From Malacoraja senta (Eukaryota), in the NCBI GenBank assembly GCA_038087875.1, contig JAXLNO010004175.1:1-64000 (forward strand): a stretch of 64,000 bases of DNA. Direction: 5' to 3'. Within the stretch, counting starts at the first letter, position 1; the number at the start of each line of letters is the position of its first letter. This document shows positions 22,889 to 35,078 of the stretch, piece by piece. Made by a program: the position numbers and the translations under genes. The notes beneath the pieces are model-generated. The model had not been told where the DNA came from. It saw only the letters and a program-made list of their open reading frames with translations, and searched no databases.

Positions 22889-24387
22889 GGCAGGGCCTGG
22901 AGCCGTGGCTGTGGTGGGGCCCGGTGCGGTGCAGGGCCTGGAGCCGTGGCTGTGGTGGGGCCCGGTGCGGTGCGGTGCAGGGCCTGGAGCCGTGGCTGTG
23001 GTGGGGCCCGGTGCGGTGCGGTGCAGGGCCTGGAGCCGTGGCTGTGGTGGGGCCCGGTGCGGGGCAGTGCAGGGCCTGGAGCCGTGGCTGTGGTGGGGCC
23101 CGGTGCAGTGCAGGGCCTGGAGCCGTGGCTGTGGTGGGGCCCGGTGCGGTGCAGGGCCTGGAGCCGTGGCTGTGGTGGGGCCCGGTGCGGGGCAGTGCAG
23201 GGCCTGGAGCCGTGGCTGTGGTGGGGCCCGGTGCGGTGCAGGGCCTGGAGCCGTGGCTGTGGTGGGGCCCGGTGCGGTGCAGGGCCTGGAGCGGTGGCTG
23301 TGGTGGGGCCTGGTGCGGTGCAGGGCCTGGAGCCGTGGCTGTGGTGGGGCCCGGTGCGGTGCGGTGCAGGGCCTGGAGCCGTGGCTGTGGTGGGGCCCGG
23401 TGCGGTGCAGGGCCTGGAGCCGTGGCTGTGGTGGGGCCCGGTGCGGTGCAGGGCCTGGAGCCGTGGCTGTGGTGGGGCCCGGTGCGGTGCAGGGCCTGGA
23501 GCGGTGGCTGTGGTGGGGCCCGGTGCGGTGCAGGGCCTGGAGCCGTGGCTGTGGTGGGGCCCGGTGCGGTGCGGTGCAGGGCCTGGAGCCGTGGCTGTGG
23601 TGGGGCCCGGTGCGGTGCAGGGCCTGGAGCGGTGGCTGTGGTGGGGCCCGGTGCGGTGCAGGGCCTGGAGCCGTGGCTGTGGTGGGGCCCGGTGCGGTGC
23701 GGTGCAGGGCCTGGAGCCGTGGCTGTGGTGGGGCCCGGTGCGGTGCAGGGCCTGGAGCCGTGGCTGTGGTGGGGCCCGGTGCGGTGCAGGGCCCGGAGCC
23801 GTGGCTGTGGTGGGGCCCGGTGCGGTGCAGGGCCTGGAGCCGTGGCTGTGGTGGGGCCCGGTGCGGTGCAGTGCCTGGAGCCGTTGCTGTGGTGGGGCCC
23901 GGTGCGGTGCAGGGCCTGGAGCCGTGGCTGTGGTGGGGCCCGGTGCGGTGCAGGGCCTGGAGCCGTGGCTGTGGTGGGGCCCGGTGCGGTGCAGTGCAGG
24001 GCCTGGAGCCGTGGCTGTGGTGGGGCCCGGTGCGGTGCAGGGCCTGGAGCCGTGGCTGTGGTGGGGCCCGGTGCGGTGCAGGGCCTGGAGCCGTGGCTGT
24101 GGTGGGGCCCGGTGCGGTGCAGTGCAGGGCCTGGAGCCGTGGCTGTGGTGGGGCCCGGTGCGGTGCAGGGCCTGGAGCCGTGGCTGTGGTGGGGCCCGGT
24201 GCGGTGCAGGGCCTGGAGCCGTGGCTGTGGTGGGGCCCGGTGCGGTGCAGGGCCCGGAGCCGTGGCTGTGGTGGGGCCCGGTGCGGTGCAGGGCCCGGAG
24301 CCGTGGCTGTGGTGGGGCCCGGTGCGGTGCAGGGCCTGGAGCCGTGGCTGTGGTGGGGCCCGGTGCGGTGCAGGGCCTGGAGCCGTG
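22889..24387. repeat. GC-rich 41/46-bp minisatellite, ~35 copies
   Basis: Unit GCAGGGCCTGGAGCCGTGGCTGTGGTGGGGCCCGGTGCGGT with an optional extra GCGGT/GCAGT. It generates the long repetitive ORFs on both strands. Confidence 0.97.
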
Positions 24388-24419
24388 TGTGTTCGCGGTG
24401 CGAGCCCGGGCCCTGGTCC

Positions 24420-24946
24420 GTTTCTTGGTTTCTTGGTCCTCCAAAATATTCCAAATGGAATTTAAACTGGAGGTGGTGGAGGGAGGACTTAAGCCAGAAA
24501 GGGTTTTTGGGAAGAAAGAGCTACCTTAAATTTAGTTGCATCTGGTTGGGTAACTATGGTAGGGTGAAGATTATTCCATGCTTTAATTGTGCGGGGGAAG
24601 AATGAATTGCTGTACACATCTGTCTTGGTAGCTGGAATCTCAAATTGGATCGAATGCCCTCGTCTGCTCCTAATTGGTTTGGGTTTGGTGTAGGTCTTGT
24701 AATCTATGTTGAGCTGACCATTTAACATTTTGTATAAACAGGTCAAACGGTGAGCTTCACGTCTGTCTTGGAGAGGGTTCCACCCCAGAGAATTCAGAAG
24801 TTTGGTAACACTCGCTTCTCTCTCATAGGTGTTAGTAACAAATCGAGCTGCCTGTCTTTGGACACGTTCGATGGAAGAAATGTTTTTATTTGTGTATGGG
24901 TCCCATGCTGCAACTGCGTAGTCCAAATGAGGTCTAACGAGGTTGC
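24420..24946 (-). mobile_element. 5'-truncated LINE of the CR1/L2 group (Crack/Daphne-like), distinct from the two dominant CR1 families
   Basis: LVRPHLDYAVAAWDPY...IERVQRQAARFV...L.W.PLQDRR...SFFPRTIKAWNNL, with a tail repeat CCAAGAAA x2. Confidence 0.75.
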
Positions 24947-25130
24947 CGCGGAGAGTTGATGGCTCGATACATATCCGTAATTACCGTAGAGCTGGTCTGG
25001 GCTCGGCTGGTCTGGGCTGGGCTGGTCTGTCTGGGCTGGGCTGGTTGGGCTGGGCTGGTCTGGGCTCGGCTCTAGACACGGCTCTAGACATCAGGTCAAC
25101 ACCAATTTGAAATCCAAAAAGCGTTTTGGA

Positions 25131-25145
25131 ACGTCGAGGTCACCA
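25131..25145 (-). promoter_or_regulatory. Primer-binding site complementary to the tRNA-Trp 3' end
   Basis: Minus strand TGGTGACCTCGACGT versus the expected TGGTGACCCCGACGT (1 mismatch), 1 nt after an LTR-like CA end. Confidence 0.7.
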
Positions 25146-25146
25146 G

Positions 25147-26023
25147 TGCAGATTTGCAAACGTCGTGAATAACAGGATGCTTTATTCAGGCATTGTAAAG
25201 GCTCTGTCTCACGGGTTTGCGGTCATTGGCGGTGAAGCGCAGCGTCGCCGGAAGAGTGGACCGCACGGCAACCACGAGAGCACCGCACGGATGCTGCGCG
25301 GGGGCCGAGTGATCTCCGTACGGCTGGTTCCACGAGCTTGCGGCGTCGGGTGATGACGTCATCGCGCGACGCGCTACGCGATGACGTCTTTCGGATTGCG
25401 GGGCTGTGGCGGCGGCCGTGCCGCCCACGTGCCTCACTGGCGGCGGCTGTGGCGGCGGCCGTGCCACACACGTGCCTCACTGGCGGCGGCTGTGGCGGTG
25501 AAAGTTCGACTCACGGCGCTCGTGCCGCACTGGCGCCGGCTGTGGCGGTGACCGTGCCGCACTCGTGCCTCACTGGCGGCCGCTGTGCGGTAGGAAATTA
25601 TTTTTAGACATTGTTGACTTTTTGTGAGCACCGTGCTGTGTTGGGACCAACGCCGCACGGCCCCGGCGGTGTGCGTTTGACCGAACCCGCGGTCTCTGGC
25701 GGTCCACGAGCTGTAGATACTTCCTGTATCACCGCCAATGACCGCAGACTCGTGAGACAGGCCTTTTAGTTGACAATACATGGACGTTTAACACTCTAAC
25801 ATAACAGTTGTAGTTGTTGAGAGGCTGTTGCCTCGTGCGCTCGGTTGTGCTCCTGCTGCGGTGGCAGGACACTCTCATGAAGTCAGAGGAGGAGCAAGAG
25901 CCAGAGAGAGAGGGAAGGTCAGGACTTATATACTGGGACACACCCAATATATCTCGTGACTCTTTCCCAGGGTTGCCGAGGGTTCGCATAGGAGGAGTGG
26001 CCTAACCATTAGGTGCCGCTACA
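25147..26023 (-). mobile_element. 5' LTR of an LTR retrotransposon (~310 bp net, interrupted by a MITE); truncated copies at 38133-38994 and 45317-46178
   Basis: Minus strand begins TGTAG and ends CTGCA. TATATAA at ~25929-25935, AATAAA at 25181-25186, followed by the PBS. Confidence 0.68.
25198..25765. mobile_element. MITE with ~36-bp TIRs (PIF/Harbinger-like); copies at 38170-38724 and 45354-45908
   Basis: AAGGC(T)CTGTCTCACGGGTTTGCGGTCATTGGCGGTG is the near reverse complement of CACCGCCAATGACCGCAGACTCGTGAGACAGGCCTT. The T/A-rich target has no clean TSD. Confidence 0.7.
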
Positions 26024-26338
26024 ATACTTCTAATAAAATAAAAAAAATAAAAAAAATCATGCCTGACATCTTCTCCAGATGAAATCCCACGACCTGCCCA
26101 GTCTTTTCAGTAAGTTCCATCCTCTCAGTTATGCCGTTATTCTCATGAACATTCCTTGTGTTTTCCCCCATCGTTCCACATCTCGGCGGCTCTATCCGCT
26201 TTCTGTCTGCATGACAGTGGTGATAAGAGTTGGGAAATGGGAATTATCAGAGGGTTACAGAAATTTGGAGAAATTCCCGGTGTAGGGATGAGGATGGTCC
26301 ATCTCAATCAATTGAGATTTGTGTTTTATTTATTTCAG

Positions 26339-26577
26339 GAAGAAGCTGGGCGCAAGCGAAGGTGGGACATTGTCTTGATGGAAACATTGTACGTTTTTGT
26401 GGAACAACTCAAAACATTTCTAATCCTCAGTTTATAACCAGCTGTTAAATATTTCCAGGGTTCGTGATGAAGCCAAACCACTGTCGGTGGTAAATGAAGC
26501 CTTGCCGATTGAAAAGTTTCATTGCCCTGTTTCGTTCAACACCACATTCAAAGAAATATCTGAGGACTTCAAGCAAG
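26339..26577 (+). pseudogene. TRIM/B30.2 exons 4 (26339-26361, 23 nt) and 5 (26459-26577, 119 nt), copy 1
   Basis: tttcag|EEAGRKR-R|gt and ttccag|VRDEAKPLSVVNEALPIEKFHCPVSFNTTFKEISEDFKQ-G|gtag. Sizes and phases match class IV TRIM exons and fit the PRY exon at 54571. No RING or B-box exons found upstream. Confidence 0.8.
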
Positions 26578-28962
26578 GTAGACCTTATACCTTTTCCATT
26601 ATTCTTGTTTCTGACATCTTTATGCCGTACACCTGACACCTAACACCTTATAATTTCCCAGCCTCGCACAGCCCGGTTTGAACTTCCCCACAAAATCCAT
26701 AAACACAACTGCCCTGTCCCACTGAAATAATTTCCACGTACTTCGACACCATCCTATCCCCCCCCTGTTCCAATCCGTACCAACCTATGTCCAAGATACC
26801 TTACATTCCCTTCGTCCCTTTAATGACTTCTGCTTTCAGAGCCTCCACCCCCTTATCTTTACCATGGACGTTCATTCACTCTACACCTCCATCCCCCACC
26901 AGGAAGGCCTTAAAGTCCACCGTTTCTTCCTCGACCGCAGAACAATCCAATTTCCCTCTACTAACACTACACCGCCTAGCGGAGCTGGTTCTCACTCTTA
27001 ATAACCTCCTTCGAATCTTCCCACTTCCTCCAAGTCCAAGGACCTATCCCCGAACTCTATCTCCATTACATTGATGACTGCATCGGTGCTACCTCCTGCA
27101 CCCATGCAGAAATCATGGAGCATCAACTTCACCACTAATTTCCATCCTGCAATCAAAATCACCGACACCTCCCTCCCCTTTCTTGATCTTACATTCTCCA
27201 TCACGGGAAATAGACTATCGATAGACATCTATTACAAACCCACTGAATCCCACAACTATCTCGACAACACTTCTCCCTACCCTGCTTCATGCAAAGACTC
27301 TATCCCCTACTCCCAATTGGTCCATCTACGCTGCATCTGCGCCCAAGATGAGGTATTCCATTCCAGGAAATCCGAGATGTCCTTATTCTTTAGGGAACTT
27401 GGGTTCCCCTCCCCCATCATAGATGAGGCTCGCCCTAGTCACAACTTAGACAGAGCCACCCTTGTCCTTACCTTTCACCCCATCAGCCGCCACACACAGC
27501 ACATAATCCTCCAAAATTTCCGCCACCTCCAATGGTATCCCAGCACTAGCCACATTTTCCAATCTCATCCCCTTTCTACCTTCTGCAAAGACCATTCCCT
27601 CTGCACCTTCTTGGTTAACTCACCCCTTCTCACCTAAACCACCCCCTCCCCAGTACGTTCCCCTGCAACCGCAGAAGATGCAACACCGGTACCTATACAA
27701 TAGACAAAAAACAACAGGTGCAGGAGTAGGCCATTTGGCTCTTCGAGCCAGCACCTCCATTCAATGTGATCATGGCTGATCATCCCCAATCAGTACCCCG
27801 TTCCTGCCTTCCCATATCCCCCGACTCCACTACCTTTAAGAGCCCTATCTTGAAAGCATCCAGAGAACCGGCCTCCCTCGCCCTCTGAGGCAGAGAATTC
27901 CACAGACTCGCTACTCTCTGTGAGAAAAAAATTTCTTCGTCTCCATTCTAAATGGCTTACTCCTTATTCTTAAACTGTGGCCTCTGGTTCTGGACTCCCC
28001 CAACATCGGGAACATGTTTCTTGCCTCTAGCGTGTCCAAATCCTTAACAATCTTATATGTTTCAATGAGATCTCCTCTCATCCTTCTAAGCTCCAGAGTG
28101 TACAATCCCAGCCGCTCCATTCTCTCAGCATATGACAGTCCCGCCATCCCGGGAATTAACATTGTAAACCTACGCTGCACTCCCTCAATAGCAAGAATCT
28201 CCTTCCTCAAATTAGGGGACCAAAACTGCACACAATACTCCAGGTGTGGTCTCACTAGGGCTCTGTACAACTGCAGAAGGACCTCTTTGCTCCTATATTC
28301 AATTCCTCTTGTTATAAAGGCCAACATGCCATTCGCTTTCTTCACTGCCTGCTGTACCTGCATGCTTACTTTCATAAACTGATGAACAAAGACCCCTAGA
28401 TCCCGTTGTACTTCCCCTTTCCCCAACTTGACACACATTTATCCTCATTAAACTTCATCTGCCATGCATCTGCCCACTCCCCCAACCAGTCCAAGTCACC
28501 CTGCATTCTCATAGCATCCTCCTCACAGTTCACACTGCCACCCAGCTTAGTGTCATCTGCAAATTTGCTAATGTTACTTTGAATCCCTTCATCCAAATCA
28601 TACCACCTCTCTTGACTCTGTCCAGGAACCCCAACTGTCCTTTCAGGTTAGGCAGAGGTTCACTTGCACCTCCTCCAACCTCATCTACTGTATTTATTGT
28701 TCAAGATGTGGACTCTTATACATCGATGAGACCAAAGGCAGACTGGGCGATCGTTTCGCTGAACACCTTCGCTCAGTCTGCCTGAACCTACCTGATCTCT
28801 CGGTGGCTAAAACTTTAATTTTCCTTCCCATTCCCACACAGACCTTTCTGTCCTAGGTCTCCTCCATTGTCAGAGTGAGGATGAATGCAAATTGGAGGAA
28901 CAGCATCTCATATTTTGCTTGGGCAGTTTACAGCCCAGTGGTATGAAATAGTAAGATTAAAC

Positions 28963-30047
28963 TCCTACAAAGAGTAGGAGTAAACGGGTCCTTTTCACAA
29001 TGGCAGGCAGTGACTAGTGGGGTACCACAAGGCTCAGTGCTGGGACCCCAGCTATTTACAATTTATATTAATGATCTGGACGAGGGAATTGAAAGCAACA
29101 TCTCCAAGTTTGCGGATGACACTAAGCTGGGGGGCAGTGTTAGCTGTGAGGAGGATGCTAGGAGACTGCAAGGTGACTTGGATAGGCTGGATGAGTGGGC
29201 AAATGTATGGCAGATGCAGTATAATGTGGATAAATGTGAGGTTATCCACTTTGGTAGCAAAAACGGGAAGGCAGACTATTATCTAAATGGTGGCCGATTA
29301 GGAAATGGGGAGATGCAGCGAGACCTGGGTGTCATGGTACACCAGTCATTGAAAGTAGGCATGCAGGTGCAGCAGGCAGTGAAGAAAGCGAATGGTATGT
29401 TGGCCTTCATAGCAAGAGGATTTGAGTATAGGAGCAGTGAGGTTCTACTGCAGTTGTACAGGGTCTTGGTGAGACCACACCTGGAGTATTGCGTACAGTT
29501 TTGGTCTCCAAATCTGAGGAAGGACATTATAGCCATAGAGGGAGTGCAGAGAAGGTTCACCAGACTGATTCCTGGGATGTCAGGACTTTCATATGAAGAA
29601 AGACTGGATAGACTTGGCTTATACTCGCTAGAATTTAGGAGATTGAGAGGGGATCTTATAGAAACGTACAAGATTCTTATGGGGTTGGACAGGCTAGATG
29701 CAGGAAGATTGTTCCCGATGTTGGGGAAGTCCAGGACAAGGGGTCACAGCTTAAGGATAAGGGGAAAATCCTTTAAGACCGAGATGAGGAAAAACTTTTT
29801 CACACAGAGAGTGGTGAATCTCTGGAACTCTCTGCCACAGAGGGTAGTTGAGGCCAGTTCATTGGCTATATTTAAGAGGGAATTAGATGTGGCCCTTGTG
29901 GCTAAAGGGATCAGGGGGTATGGAGAGAAGGCAGGTACGGGATACTGAGTTGGATGATCAGCCATGATCGTATTGAATGGCGGTGCAGGCTCGAAGGGCC
30001 GAATGGCCTACTCCTGCACCTAATTTCTATGTATCTATGTATCTATG
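28963..30047 (+). mobile_element. 5'-truncated CR1 family A inserted in the DIRS right terminus
   Basis: Uninterrupted RT C-terminal ORF 29010-29948 (FADD), (TATCTATG)n tail, and TAAAC on both sides (28958-28962, 30048-30052). Confidence 0.93.
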
Positions 30048-30052
30048 TAAAC

Positions 30053-30382
30053 GAGAACTTACCTAAGTTTGAAGTTTGATCTTTATTTTATGAGGAGTTA
30101 CGTAGGTGATTACGTGAAGAAGCCCGTCAGTGCGCCTGCGCGTCAATCTTCAAAGCAGCGGTGTGAAATCACAAAAAACAACAACCGAAGTAATATAGTC
30201 TCATACTAAAACGAGTAATACAAGAACTTCCATCTGACCTTTATGATAGAGGGTAGGGTCGTGGCGGGCACGTAATCACCTACGTAACTCCTCATAAAAT
30301 AAAGATCAAACTTCAAACTTATGTAAGTTCTCGTTTAATCTTACTATTTTACTTCGGAGTCACATGAGTGACTACGTGAAGA
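30053..30382. repeat. DIRS right ITR with extension (30053-30145, outer tip 28950-28962) and internal complementary region (30269-30382)
   Basis: 30269-30345 is the reverse complement of the right-end extension, and 30346-30382 is the reverse complement of the left end (~34801-34837). The circle junction reads TTACT-ATTTT-ACTTCGG. Confidence 0.92.
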
Positions 30383-33300
30383 TTTTAAAGCTTTGTGATT
30401 TCATGCCGTGGATCAATCCCGGCTTCTCACTGCATAGATTGACTCGGAACGAGAATAATCAATCATGCATTCATAATAACATTTGTACCACAAATGCAGT
30501 AATTCATTTCAAGAATGAAATGAATCAGATCCCCTTTAAACCAGAGGAATTTACACAGAACTTAAAATAGTTTCTGCAAACAACCCCGCATTAACAATAG
30601 GCCGATGGTAAAAATGTTGAAACATCAACTCATTGGACCACCCGGCAGCTGCGAGGATATGGTCGACGGGGCCGTCTTTTGCCCTGGCCGCCGACATTTC
30701 TGCTGCCCTAGTCGAGTGAGACGTAAAAACATAAGTGTTAATACCAGCAGCTGTTAAGACTTTTTTTTTTTTAATCCGTCTGGAAATAGTCTGTATTGAA
30801 ACTCTCTTGTGTGGTTTCTTGTGTGTGATCAAAAACCCAGTTTCCGTATTCTCAAATTCTTTGTGACCTCAATGTATTGTAATAAATATGTCTTAATACA
30901 AAGACATGGATCATTTGGATATGCTGCCAGCATAATTTTAAATCCTGTCACACCTGGCCTAATTTGCTTTATTAGGTCATAGATATAGAATGTAACCTTG
31001 TCTTCAGTTACTTCCATACTATCTATTTGTAATTTTCCAAGTGTTTGCACTCGTTGTGCTGTCACTCATGCCATAAACATGAATACTTTCATACTGAGCT
31101 TGACCAAAGGTAAAGACACACTTGATAACCATCACGAAGTAGTTTCAGTACCACACTTACATCCCAGATTGTCACGTACCTAGGTTTCGGTGGTTTGGAA
31201 TTAAAGATTCCTTTCATTAGTCTGGAAACAATTGGGTGTGACCCAATTGAGTTTCTTTCTGAATCCAGAACCAAATATGAGGACAATGCACTTCTGGCTG
31301 AATTAATTGCACTACAACTCAGACCTTCATCATAATAAAGTTTTGACAGAAATTCTAAACATTTGAAATATCTGCAGTACTTTATTGCACATTCTTTTGT
31401 ACCCAGAACTTTTCCCATTTCTTAATATAAGAAAGGTACTGTTTTTGAGTGCTCTTCCTCCAGGCTGCCGTAAGCATGTCCACAGTATGCTCAGACAGTC
31501 CTCGTCCCAGAAAAGGCATTCTTAAAACCTGCAAATCAACAAATCCAAACGATCATATAATGGATGTTGTTCCCCTGTACAGGGAGCAGCAATAAATTAC
31601 TCTTTTTTGGGACTTTCATCAACATTTGTGTTGTTAATTCTAATATCAACGGATACCATGGCTGTGTAGGCCAATCTGGTACTACCAATACCCTTGAAGC
31701 AGCATCTTGCCTGATTTTAAGCAAACATTGGCTTATGAGGCAGAAAGGTGGAAATATATATGAAAACATACCACCCCAATGTAGCGAGAAAGCATCAATC
31801 GCCACTGCTCCTGGATCTGGTTTCCATGAGACATATCTCGATAGCTGATGATTCAAGTCGATGTCGGTCATTCCAAATCTGATGACTATATCATTGAATA
31901 CCTCTTGATTCAACATCCATTCTTTATTATCATGGAACTTTTCGTGACTTGGTGTCTGCTATCGTTCATTCTACCTGGTAGATAGATAGCTGAAATCCAA
32001 ATGTTCTTTTCAATACACCAAGCCCAAAGTTGATTAACCATTTTGTCACAAGACACCGACTTAATTCCATATCATTAATATAAACAACTACTGTTGTGTT
32101 ATCAATTTGAACTTGAACATGCTTATTAGTTGTGTTAGAACAATAAGCTTGGAGCCCATAGAAACATCCTAGAAGCTCCAAATAGTTAATTCCCCATGTC
32201 TGCAGTAACAATGACTCTTCCTGATTCCATCTGCCTCCTCAGCTAGACGTTAAGTCAGTTGCACCCCATCCTGGTGCACTGGCATCAGTTTGTAATATCA
32301 TGGAAGGTTGTTCAATCAGCACTTTGCTGGAACTGCTTGAGACATGTAGAATCCACCACTGCAGACCAGAAACAGCATTTGTTGTTAGTTGCATGGTTCT
32401 ATCAAAATGACCAACATGCATTGTCGGTGCCTGTTCTTTAAGTCTCTGCAGCTGTTGATAATGTAATGGTCCAAATTGGACTGCTGGGAATGCTGCTACT
32501 AATTTTCCCAGTACACGAGCCACCTGTCTAATTGAAGGTTTTTGCTCGTTTAGGAGATTACTGCAATCTTTAATCAAATCCACCCTTTTCCCTGGGCAAA
32601 GTGATATTCATTTGGACTGAATCAATTGTGAACCCTAAATAATTAATAGAGGTACATGGTGTTAACCTAGATTTCTGTGGATGAATTAGAAACCCCAACT
32701 TTTCAAAAGTTGATTTCACAACTGCAACAGATACTTCTGTTGACTGTTTTGTCTTTCCTATAATCAAGACATCATCCAAATATGTCATTAGTACATGCCC
32801 CTGGCTACTCAGCAAGCCCAGAATTGGTTTTAACAATTTTTGTGAATATTCTGAGTGCAGATATTAACCCATTAGGCAGAGCTTTGAACTGCCACAACTG
32901 GTTCATCCATTTAAATTTAAGATACTTCCTAACTTCTGAATGAACAGACACTGAATAATATGCATCTTTCAAGTCTATAGTTGCCATATAACATGCTTCT
33001 GAAATAAGCTGTTTGGCAGTCACAAATGTTTCCATTTTAAAATGTCTAAATTGCACAAAAGGATTCAGATTTATCAAATCTACAAGAATCCTACATCCTC
33101 CATCCTTTTTTGATCGAGGGAATATTTTTGACACAAATTGGTGACTTTGGGAGACTGATTTTTCAATAACCCCTTTTTTTATATAGGGTTTCAATTGCAA
33201 CCTGAACCTCCATCACTTCTTTTTGTACAAAGTGCAGAGTTCGGCTAGGAACATGCTGAACAGGCAAATCATAATTTGGATTGAATTCAATTCGAAATCC

Positions 33301-34775
33301 TTGTATATTATTCAGGATTACCACATCTGAAGTAATTTTCTTCCAATTATTATAGAAGAAATGTAACCTGCCTCCAACTTTTGGACTTAATCCAGTTAGT
33401 ATGTTCCCTATGAGAACCAGGTCCACCTACCTCTTGAGTCATTTCAGTACCCTGAGATTCCTGGGTTCTCCCGGAAGCACGCCCACTGGTTCTTGCTCCC
33501 GCTGCAGGCCGCCAACTACGTCCCTGCGTTGATGAGCGACTTGGTCCAGGATCCGTATGACGTCTGAAAGGATACTTCCTCTTTACAGACTTCACAACCA
33601 TTGATGTCTTCATCAATCCTGTTTTCGCTTCATCTTCCAACTCTTTAATACGTCTCCCGAGATCTCTCCAAAGAGTAAGTTGGGTAATTTGTATATTACT
33701 TGGTTTGCAGAGTGCTGCGAATTTCGGATTCATAGTAGACCGTATAGCACTTCTCGAAGTGGGTGCTGCATAGCAACCCCAGTGCTTGCTGATGCAACTT
33801 CGTCATCTTTTGGTTGTTACCTGCTATTCTGGTAAAAGCAGTTATTCCAGAACCCAGCAGCTTTAATATTCTCTGCAACTGATTCCAGATACTCGTGCAG
33901 TCTCATCCATTTCATGCTGTTCCAGCTAATGGTAAACCAAGTAATTTATTAAGGAGGCCAGTTCTTCCTAATGGCTCTCCTGACCCTGACGGGGCAGCGA
34001 ATCCTACTACCAGGGTTGGAACATCTGGCAGCTGCCTTTCATCGCCTTGTACAGCCTCACCGTCAGAGTCGGGGTCTGAAATCTCATGACCCGTAGCACG
34101 CTCCTCATTCCTGAGGGTGCATTCCATCAGCCCTGAGCCAAGTGCTGTTAAGCTGCTCCTGCAGCTTGGATTACAGTACACTCCTTCCTGAGTGAACTTT
34201 TGCTCCAACAACCTATGAAAAAGGCTTCTATTTGGGCAATACGCTCGAAAGCAGTATCTAGCCCTGTACCAGGAGCTGTTTGAGCTGTTTCCAGCAGCTT
34301 GGCTTTCAGAACACTCCTCACTGAGTGAACGTTGCTCCAACAGCCTGTGTAAAAGGCTTTCTATTTGGGCAATACGCTCAAAAGCAGTATCTAGCCCTGG
34401 AGCTTCTTCATTGCCTGGGACTCCCTCCGTTGGAATTTAAACTTTGTCTTTTGCCCGACAGGCACTGACTGTGTTTTCACCAGCCCCAGGTCCACAGTCG
34501 CTATGCTCACCGCTGGCGACTGTACCGGGGTTTAGAGGCGGTTGGTCTCTAACCGCGGACTCCCGACTTTCCCGACTTCTGTCGGCTATGTCGCTCGCCT
34601 CTTCCCCCTGTCCGTTTTTTCCCATGGCGTCTGTGGAAAAAATCGCCATAGACCCACAGTAAACGGACCTGGAAAACCTGTAAAAAAGTTTTTACTTACC
34701 TTGTAGTTGAAAAACTACAAACCACTCGAGGAGCACTGCTCCTCACGTCCGTTTGCGTCAAGGCGTCTGACGTAA

Positions 34776-34837
34776 TGACGCGCAGGCGCACTGACGGGCT
34801 TCTTCACGTAGTCACTCACGTGACTCCGAAGTAAAAT
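34776..34837. repeat. DIRS left ITR
   Basis: TGACGCGCAGGCGCACTGACGGGCTTCTTCACGTA is the exact reverse complement of 30111-30145. Confidence 0.92.
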
Positions 34838-35043
34838 GTTGATTTCTCTAACTTCAGGTAGCCCTGGCATTCCCTCTCTCTCTTTCCCTCCCCACCCAAG
34901 TCACACTAGTTTCTCGTTTTCACCTAATAAATAGCTAACAATGGCCTGTTTAATCTCATCATTATATTTTGCATATCTTCCATTCATTGTTCTTTATCTC
35001 TTTACATCATCGCCTATATCTTTTGTTTCCCTTATCCATAACC

Positions 35044-35078
35044 AGTCTGAAGAAGGGTCTTGAACCGAAACGTCACCC
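35044..35078 (+). ncRNA. Hammerhead-like core in a pLTR (imperfect stem II); duplicated at ~42232-42265 and ~49305-49338
   Basis: CTGAAGA-A-GGG tcttga ACC-GAAA-CGTC: GUC site and one stem II mismatch. Confidence 0.45.

Larger units (their letters stand above)
28950..34837 (-). mobile_element. DIRS1-type tyrosine-recombinase retrotransposon, full length but decayed
   Basis: gag-like 33350-34649; RT (IDLKDAYY, YLDD) 32570-33426; RNase H (TDAS, INYLEL, IDNTT) 31966-32583; MT-like (DAFS...FPPF...WPTQPW) 31536-31916; YR (AQRVQTL, HSTR, AAGW...FY) 30551-31418. Terminal repeats present. Confidence 0.95.

Noticed and set aside
22471-24387. CRISPR-like array
   Set aside because: The units are contiguous tandem repeats with no unique spacers, there are no cas genes, and the context is a vertebrate genome.
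22688-24605. Five 538-605 aa ORFs on both strands
   Set aside because: They are translations of the 41/46-bp minisatellite, open in several frames and strands at once, with no domain content.
24990-25072. GGGCT pentamer tract resembling an immunoglobulin switch region
   Set aside because: Only ~80 bp, no Ig constant exons nearby, and it lies inside a TE-derived region.
25350-25390. CRE palindrome GATGACGTCATC as a host regulatory site
   Set aside because: It lies inside the MITE and is copied passively with the duplication; there is no adjacent promoter evidence.
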